Assembly: GCA_964016885.1 (NCBI GenBank)
Contig: OZ024744.1
Span: 3,038,001-3,102,000, forward strand
DNA length: 64,000 nt
Direction: 5' to 3'
Source of the DNA: Eledone cirrhosa
Lineage: Eukaryota
A program made the position numbers and the translations under genes. Below are positions 52,640 to 61,750 of this stretch, piece after piece. The notes under the pieces were generated by a model. That model was given only the letters and a program-made list of their open reading frames with translations. It did not search any database and was not told the DNA's origin. Position 1 is the stretch's first letter; each line of letters begins with the position of its first letter.

Positions 52640-55600
52640 TTGGTGAATAACGAAGTTTTGGGAGAAGACAAGGTAGAGAAAGATAGCTTAGTGAAGAACG
52701 ACGTTTTGGTGGAAGACAAGGTAGAGAAAGATATCTTGGTGAATAACGAAGTTTTGGGAGAAGACAAGGTAGAGAAAGATAGCTTGGTGAAGAACGACGT
52801 TTTGAGGGAAGACAAGGTAGAGAAAGATAGCTTGGTGAAGAACGAAGTTTTGGGGAAGACAATGTAGAGAAAGATAGCTTGGTGAAGAACGAAGTTTTGG
52901 GGGAAGACAAGGTAGAGAAAGATAGCTTGGTGAAGAACGAAGTTTTGAGGGAAGACAAGGTAGAGAAAGATAGCTTGGTGAAGAACGAAGTTTTGGGAGA
53001 AGACAAGGTAGAGAAAGATAGTTGGTGAAGAACGAAGTTTTGAAGGAAGACAAGGCAGAGAAAGATAGCTTGATGAAGAACGAAGTTTTGAGGGAAGACA
53101 AGGTAGAGAAAGATAGCTTGGTGAAGAACGACGTTTTGTGGGAAGACAAGGTAGAGAAAGATAGCTTGGTGAAGAACGAAGTTTTGGGGGAAGACAAGGT
53201 AGAGAAAGATAGCTTGGTGAAGAACGAAGTTTTGGGGGAAGACAAGGTAGAGAAAGATAGCTTGGTGAAGAACGAAGTTTTGGGGAAGACAATGTAGAGA
53301 AAGATAGCTTGGTGAAGAACGAAGATTTGGGGGAAGACAAGGTAGAGAAAGATAGCTTGGTGAAGAACGAAGTTTTGGGAGAAGACAAGGTAGAGAAAGA
53401 TAGCTTGGTGAAGAACGAAGTTTTGAGGGAAGACAAGGTAGAGAAAGATAGCTTGGTGAAGAACGACGTTTTGAGGGAAGACAAGGTAGAGAAAGATAGC
53501 TTGGTGAAGAACGACGTTTTGTGGGAAGACAAGGTAGAGAAAGATAGCTTGGTGAAGAACGAAGTTTTGGGGGAAGACAAGGTAGAGAAAGATAGCTTGC
53601 TGAAGAACGGAGTTTTGGGGGAAGACAAGGTAGAGAAAGATAGCTTGGTGAAGAACGAAGTTTTGGGGGAAGACAAGGTAGAGAAAGATAGCTTGGTGAA
53701 GAACGAATTTTGAGGGAAGACAATGTAGAGAAAGATAGCTTGGTGAAGAACGAAGTTTTGGGGAAGATAATGTAGAGAAAGATAGCTTGGTGAAGAACGA
53801 AGTTTTGGGGAAGACAATGTAGAGAAAGATAGCTTGGTGAAGAACGAAGTTTTGGGGGAAGACAAGGTAGAGAAAGATAGCTTGGTGAATAACGAAGTTT
53901 TGGGAGAAGACAAGGTCGAGAAAGATAGCTTGGTGAAGAACGAAATTTTGAGGGAAGACAAGGTAGAGAAAGATAGCTTGGTGAAGAACGACGTTTTGGT
54001 GGAAGACAAGGTAGAGAAAGATAGCTTGGTGAAGAACGAAGTTTTGAGGGAAGACAATGTAGAGAAAGATAGCTTGGTGAAGAACGAAGTTTTGGGGAAG
54101 ATAATGTAGAGAAAGATAGCTTGGTGAAGAACGAAGTTTTGGGGAAGACAATGTAGAGAAAGATAGCTTGGTGAAGAACGAAGTTTTGGGGGAAGACAAG
54201 GTAGAGAAAGATAGCTTGGTGAAGAACGGAGTTTTGGGGGAAGACAAGGTAGAGAAAGATAGCTTGGTGTAGAACGAAGTTTTGAGGGAAGACAATGTAG
54301 AGAAAGATAGCTTGGTGAAGAACGAAGTTTTGGGGAAGATAATGTAGAGAAAGATAGCTTGGTGAAGAACGAAGTTTTGGGGAAGACAATGTAGAGAAAG
54401 ATAGCTTGGTGAAGAACGAAGTTTTGGGGGAAGACAAGGTAGAGAAAGATAGCTTGGTGAATAACGAAGTTTTGGGAGAAGACAAGGTCGAGAAAGATAG
54501 CTTGGTGAAGAACGAAATTTTGAGGGAAGACAAGGTAGAGAAAGATAGCTTGGTGAAGAACGACGTTTTGGTGGAAGACAAGGTAGAGAAATATAGCTTG
54601 GTGAAGAACGAAGTTTTGAGGGAAGACAATGTAGAGAAAGATAGCTTGGTGAAGAACGAAGTTTTGGGGAAGATAATGTAGAGAAAGATAGCTTGGTGAA
54701 GAACGAAGTTTTGGGGAAGACAATGTAGAGAAAGATAGCTTGGTGAAGAACGAAGTTTTGGGGGAAGACAAGGTAGAGAAAGATAGCTTAGTTAAGAACG
54801 ACGTTTTGGTGGAAGACAAGGTAGAGAAAGATATCTTGGTGAATAACGAAGTTTTGGGAGAAGACAAGGTAGAGAAAGATAGCTTGGTGAAGAACGACGT
54901 TTTGAGGGAAGACAAGGTAGAGAAAGATAGCTTGGTGAAGAACGAAGTTTTGGGGAAGACAATGTAGAGAAAGATAGCTTGGTGAAGAACGAAGTTTTGG
55001 GGGAAGACAAGGTAGAGAAAGATAGCTTGGTGAAGAACGAAGTTTTGAGGGAAGACAAGGTAGAGAAAGATAGCTTGGTGAAGAACGAAGTTTTGGGAGA
55101 AGACAAGGTAGAGAAAGATAGTTGGTGAAGAACGAAGTTTTGAAGGAAGACAAGGCAGAGAAAGATAGCTTGATGAAGAACGAAGTTTTGAGGGAAGACA
55201 AGGTAGAGAAAGATAGCTTGGTGAAGAACGACGTTTTGTGGGAAGACAAGGTAGAGAAAGATAGCTTGGTGAAGAACGAAGTTTTGGGGGAAGACAAGGT
55301 AGAGAAAGATAGCTTGGTGAAGAACGAAGTTTTGGGGGAAGACAAGGTAGAGAAAGATAGCTTGGTGAAGAACGAAGTTTTGGGGAAGACAATGTAGAGA
55401 AAGATAGCTTGGTGAAGAACGAAGATTTGGGGGAAGACAAGGTAGAGAAAGATAGCTTGGTGAAGAACGAAGTTTTGGGAGAAGACAAGGTAGAGAAAGA
55501 TAGCTTGGTGAAGAACGAAGTTTTGAGGGAAGACAAGGTAGAGAAAGATAGCTTGGTGAAGAACGACGTTTTGAGGGAAGACAAGGTAGAGAAAGATAGC

Positions 55601-58600
55601 TTGGTGAAGAACGACGTTTTGTGGGAAGACAAGGTAGAGAAAGATAGCTTGGTGAAGAACGAAGTTTTGGGGGAAGACAAGGTAGAGAAAGATAGCTTGC
55701 TGAAGAACGGAGTTTTGGGGGAAGACAAGGTAGAGAAAGATAGCTTGGTGAAGAACGAAGTTTTGGGGGAAGACAAGGTAGAGAAAGATAGCTTGGTGAA
55801 GAACGAATTTTGAGGGAAGACAATGTAGAGAAAGATAGCTTGGTGAAGAACGAAGTTTTGGGGAAGATAATGTAGAGAAAGATAGCTTGGTGAAGAACGA
55901 AGTTTTGGGGAAGACAATGTAGAGAAAGATAGCTTGGTGAAGAACGAAGTTTTGGGGGAAGACAAGGTAGAGAAAGATAGCTTGGTGAATAACGAAGTTT
56001 TGGGAGAAGACAAGGTCGAGAAAGATAGCTTGGTGAAGAACGAAATTTTGAGGGAAGACAAGGTAGAGAAAGATAGCTTGGTGAAGAACGACGTTTTGGT
56101 GGAAGACAAGGTAGAGAAAGATAGCTTGGTGAAGAACGAAGTTTTGAGGGAAGACAATGTAGAGAAAGATAGCTTGGTGAAGAACGAAGTTTTGGGGAAG
56201 ATAATGTAGAGAAAGATAGCTTGGTGAAGAACGAAGTTTTGGGGAAGACAATGTAGAGAAAGATAGCTTGGTGAAGAACGAAGTTTTGGGGGAAGACAAG
56301 GTAGAGAAAGATAGCTTGGTGAATAACGAAGATTTGGGAGAAGACAAGGTCGAGAAAGATAGCTTGGTGAAGAACGAAATTTTGAGGGAAGACAAGGTAG
56401 AGAAAGATAGCTTGGTGAAGAACGACGTTTTGGTGGAAGACAAGGTAGAGAAAGATAGCTTGGTGAAGAACGATATTTTGGGGAAGACAATGTAGAGAAA
56501 GATAGCTTGGTGAAGAACGAAGTTTGAGGGAAGACAAGGTAGAGAAAGATAGCTTGGTGAAGAACGAAGTTTTGGGGGAAGACAATGTAGAGAAAGATAG
56601 CTTGGTGAAGAACGAAGTTTTGAGGGGCGACAAAGTAGAGAAAGATAGCTTGGTGAAGAACGATGTTTTGGGGAAGACAATGTAGAGAAAGATAGCTTGG
56701 TGAATAACGAAGTTTTGGGAGAAGACAAGGTAGAGAAAGATAGCTTAGTGAAGAACGACATTTTGGTGGAAGACAAGGTAGAGAAAGATATCTTGGTGAA
56801 TAACGAAGTTTTGGGAGAAGACAAGGTAGAGAAAGATAGCTTGGTGAAGAACGACGTTTTGAGGGAAGACAAGGTAGAGAAAGATAGCTTGGTGAAGAAC
56901 GAAGTTTTGGGGAAGACAATGTAGAGAAAGATAGCTTGGTGAAGAACGAAGTTTTGGGGGAAGACAAGGTAGAGAAAGATAGCTTGGTGAAGAACGAAGT
57001 TTTGAGGGAAGACAAGGTAGAGAAAGATAGCTTGGTGAAGAACGAAGTTTTGGGAGAAGACAAGGTAGAGAAAGATAGTTGGTGAAGAACGAAGTTTTGA
57101 AGGAAGACAAGGCAGAGAAAGATAGCTTGATGAAGAACGAAGTTTTGAGGGAAGACAAGGTAGAGAAAGATAGCTTGGTGAAGAACGACGTTTTGTGGGA
57201 AGACAAGGTAGAGAAAGATAGCTTGGTGAAGAACGAAGTTTTGGGGGAAGACAAGGTAGAGAAAGATAGCTTGGTGAAGAACGAAGTTTTGGGGGAAGAC
57301 AAGGTAGAGAAAGATAGCTTGGTGAAGAACGAAGTTTTGGGGAAGACAATGTAGAGAAAGATAGCTTGGTGAAGAACGAAGATTTGGGGGAAGACAAGGT
57401 AGAGAAAGATAGCTTGGTGAAGAACGAAGTTTTGGGAGAAGACAAGGTAGAGAAAGATAGCTTGGTGAAGAACGAAGTTTTGAGGGAAGACAAGGTAGAG
57501 AAAGATAGCTTGGTGAAGAACGACGTTTTGAGGGAAGACAAGGTAGAGAAAGATAGCTTGGTGAAGAACGACGTTTTGTGGGAAGACAAGGTAGAGAAAG
57601 ATAGCTTGGTGAAGAACGAAGTTTTGGGGGAAGACAAGGTAGAGAAAGATAGCTTGCTGAAGAACGGAGTTTTGGGGGAAGACAAGGTAGAGAAAGATAG
57701 CTTGGTGAAGAACGAAGTTTTGGGGGAAGACAAGGTAGAGAAAGATAGCTTGGTGAAGAACGAATTTTGAGGGAAGACAATGTAGAGAAAGATAGCTTGG
57801 TGAAGAACGAAGTTTTGGGGAAGATAATGTAGAGAAAGATAGCTTGGTGAAGAACGAAGTTTTGGGGAAGACAATGTAGAGAAAGATAGCTTGGTGAAGA
57901 ACGAAGTTTTGGGGGAAGACAAGGTAGAGAAAGATAGCTTGGTGAATAACGAAGTTTTGGGAGAAGACAAGGTCGAGAAAGATAGCTTGGTGAAGAACGA
58001 AATTTTGAGGGAAGACAAGGTAGAGAAAGATAGCTTGGTGAAGAACGACGTTTTGGTGGAAGACAAGGTAGAGAAAGATAGCTTGGTGAAGAACGAAGTT
58101 TTGAGGGAAGACAATGTAGAGAAAGATAGCTTGGTGAAGAACGAAGTTTTGGGGAAGATAATGTAGAGAAAGATAGCTTGGTGAAGAACGAAGTTTTGGG
58201 GAAGACAATGTAGAGAAAGATAGCTTGGTGAAGAACGAAGTTTTGGGGGAAGACAAGGTAGAGAAAGATAGCTTGGTGAAGAACGGAGTTTTGGGGGAAG
58301 ACAAGGTAGAGAAAGATAGCTTGGTGTAGAACGAAGTTTTGAGGGAAGACAATGTAGAGAAAGATAGCTTGGTGAAGAACGAAGTTTTGGGGAAGATAAT
58401 GTAGAGAAAGATAGCTTGGTGAAGAACGAAGTTTTGGGGAAGACAATGTAGAGAAAGATAGCTTGGTGAAGAACGAAGTTTTGGGGGAAGACAAGGTAGA
58501 GAAAGATAGCTTGGTGAATAACGAAGTTTTGGGAGAAGACAAGGTCGAGAAAGATAGCTTGGTGAAGAACGAAATTTTGAGGGAAGACAAGGTAGAGAAA

Positions 58601-59900
58601 GATAGCTTGGTGAAGAACGACGTTTTGGTGGAAGACAAGGTAGAGAAATATAGCTTGGTGAAGAACGAAGTTTTGAGGGAAGACAATGTAGAGAAAGATA
58701 GCTTGGTGAAGAACGAAGTTTTGGGGAAGATAATGTAGAGAAAGATAGCTTGGTGAAGAACGAAGTTTTGGGGAAGACAATGTAGAGAAAGATAGCTTGG
58801 TGAAGAACGAAGTTTTGGGGGAAGACAAGGTAGAGAAAGATAGCTTAGTGAAGAACGACGTTTTGGTGGAAGACAAGGTAGAGAAAGATATCTTGGTGAA
58901 TAACGAAGTTTTGGGAGAAGACAAGGTAGAGAAAGATAGCTTGGTGAAGAACGACGTTTTGAGGGAAGACAAGGTAGAGAAAGATAGCTTGGTGAAGAAC
59001 GAAGTTTTGGGGAAGACAATGTAGAGAAAGATAGCTTGGTGAAGAACGAAGTTTTGGGGGAAGACAAGGTAGAGAAAGATAGCTTGGTGAAGAACGAAGT
59101 TTTGAGGGAAGACAAGGTAGAGAAAGATAGCTTGGTGAAGAACGAAGTTTTGGGAGAAGACAAGGTAGAGAAAGATAGTTGGTGAAGAACGAAGTTTTGA
59201 AGGAAGACAAGGCAGAGAAAGATAGCTTGATGAAGAACGAAGTTTTGAGGGAAGACAAGGTAGAGAAAGATAGCTTGGTGAAGAACGACGTTTTGTGGGA
59301 AGACAAGGTAGAGAAAGATAGCTTGGTGAAGAACGAAGTTTTGGGGGAAGACAAGGTAGAGAAAGATAGCTTGGTGAAGAACGAAGTTTTGGGGGAAGAC
59401 AAGGTAGAGAAAGATAGCTTGGTGAAGAACGAAGTTTTGGGGAAGACAATGTAGAGAAAGATAGCTTGGTGAAGAACGAAGATTTGGGGGAAGACAAGGT
59501 AGAGAAAGATAGCTTGGTGAAGAACGAAGTTTTGGGAGAAGACAAGGTAGAGAAAGATAGCTTGGTGAAGAACGAAGTTTTGAGGGAAGACAAGGTAGAG
59601 AAAGATAGCTTGGTGAAGAACGACGTTTTGAGGGAAGACAAGGTAGAGAAAGATAGCTTGGTGAAGAACGACGTTTTGTGGGAAGACAAGGTAGAGAAAG
59701 ATAGCTTGGTGAAGAACGAAGTTTTGGGGGAAGACAAGGTAGAGAAAGATAGCTTGCTGAAGAACGGAGTTTTGGGGGAAGACAAGGTAGAGAAAGATAG
59801 CTTGGTGAAGAACGAAGTTTTGGGGGAAGACAAGGTAGAGAAAGATAGCTTGGTGAAGAACGAATTTTGAGGGAAGACAATGTAGAGAAAGATAGCTTGG
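52640..59900. repeat. Higher-order duplication, 4057-bp period, composed of alternating 2100- and 1957-bp subunits
   Basis: ORFs 52640->56697, 53022->57079, 54406->58463, 55409->59466. ATATAGC at 54591 and 58648. The G-deletion marker GAATTTT at ~53705, 55805, 57762 and 59862 is spaced 2100/1957/2100. Confidence 0.92.
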
Positions 59901-60219
59901 TGAAGAACGAAGTTTTGGGGAAGACAATGTAGAGAAAGATAGCTTGGTGAAGAACGAAGTTTTGGGGGAAGACAAGGTAGAGAAAGATAGCTTGGTGAAT
60001 AACGAAGTTTTGGGAGAAGACAAGGTCGAGAAAGATAGCTTGGTGAAGAACGAAATTTTGAGGGAAGACAAGGTAGAGAAAGATAGCTTGGTGAAGAACG
60101 ACGTTTTGGTGGAAGACAAGGTAGAGAAAGATAGCTTGGTGAAGAACGAAGTTTTGAGGGAAGACAATGTAGAGAAAGATAGCTTGGTGAAGAACGAAGT
60201 TTTGGGGAAGATAATGTAG

Positions 60220-61750
60220 AGAAAGATAGCTTGGTGAAGAACGAAGTTTTGGGGAAGACAATGTAGAGAAAGATAGCTTGGTGAAGAACGAAGTTTTGGG
60301 GGATGACAAGGTAGAGAAAGATAGCTTGGTGAATAACGAAGATTTGGGAGAAGACAAGGTCGAGAAAGATAGCTTGGTGAAGAACGAAATTTTGAGGGAA
60401 GACAAGGTAGAGAAAGATAGCTTGGTGAAGAACGACGTTTTGGTGGAAGACAAGGTAGAGAAAGATAGCTTGGTGAAGAACGATATTTTGGGGAAGACAA
60501 TGTAGAGAAAGATAGCTTGGTGAAGAACGAAGTTTGAGGGAAGACAAGGTAGAGAAAGATAGCTTGGTGAAGAACGAAGTTTTGGGGGAAGACAATGTAG
60601 AGAAAGATAGCTTGGTGAAGAACGAAGTTTTGAGGGGCGACAAAGTAGAGAAAGATAGCTTGGTGAAGAACGAAGTTTTGGGGGAAGACAAGGTAGAGAA
60701 AGATAGCTTGATGAATAAAGAAGTTTTGGGGGAAGACAAGGTAGAGAAAGATAGCTTGGTGAAGAACGAAGTTTTGAGGGAAGACAAGGTAGAGAAAGAT
60801 AGCTTGGTGAAGAACGAAGTTTTGGGGGAAGACAAGGAAGAGAAAGATAGCTTGGTGAAGAACGAAGTTTTGGGGGAAGACAAGGTAGAGAAAGATAGCT
60901 TGGTGAATAACGAAGTTTTGGGAGAAGACAAGGTCGAGAAAGATAGCTTGGTGAAGAACGAAATTTTGAGGGAAGACAAGGTAGAGAAAGATAGCTTGGT
61001 GAAGAACGACGTTTTGGTGGAAGACAAGGTAGAGAAAGATAGCTTGGTGAAGAACGAAGTTTTGAGGGAGGACAATGTAGAGAAAGATAGCTTGGTGAAG
61101 AACGAAGTTTTGGGGAAGATAATGTAGAGAAAGATAGCTTGGTGAAGAACGAAGTTTTGGGGAAGACAATGTAGAGAAAGATAGCTTGGTGAAGAACGAA
61201 GTTTTGGGGGAAGACAAGGTAGAGAAAGATAGCTTGGTGAATAACGAAGATTTGGGAGAAGACAAGGTCGAGAAAGATAGCTTGGTGAAGAACGAAATTT
61301 TGAGGGAAGACAAGGTAGAGAAAGATAGCTTGGTGAAGAACGACGTTTTGGTGGAAGACAAGGTAGAGAAAGATAGCTTGGTGAAGAACGATATTTTGGG
61401 GAAGACAATGTAGAGAAAGATAGCTTGGTGAAGAACGAAGTTTGAAGGAAGACAAGGTAGAGAAAGATAGCTTGGTGAAGAACGAAGTTTTGGGGGAAGA
61501 CAATGTAGAGAAAGATAGCTTGGTGAAGAACGAAGTTTTGAGGGGCGACAAAGTAGAGAAAGATAGCTTGGTGAAGAACGAAGTTTTGGGGGAAGACAAG
61601 GTAGAGAAAGATAGCTTGATGAATAAAGAAGTTTTGGGGGAAGACAAGGTAGAGAAAGATAGCTTGGTGAAGAACGAAGTTTTGAGGGAAGACAAGGTAG
61701 AGAAAGATAGCTTGGTGAAGAACGAAGTTTTGGGGGAAGACAAGGTAGAG
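60220..61750. repeat. Tandem higher-order duplication, 908-bp period (19 monomers)
   Basis: ORFs 60278->61186 and 60534->61442. Rare variants AGGGGCGACAAAG (~60633/~61541) and TTGATGAATAAAG (~60708/~61616). Confidence 0.87.
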
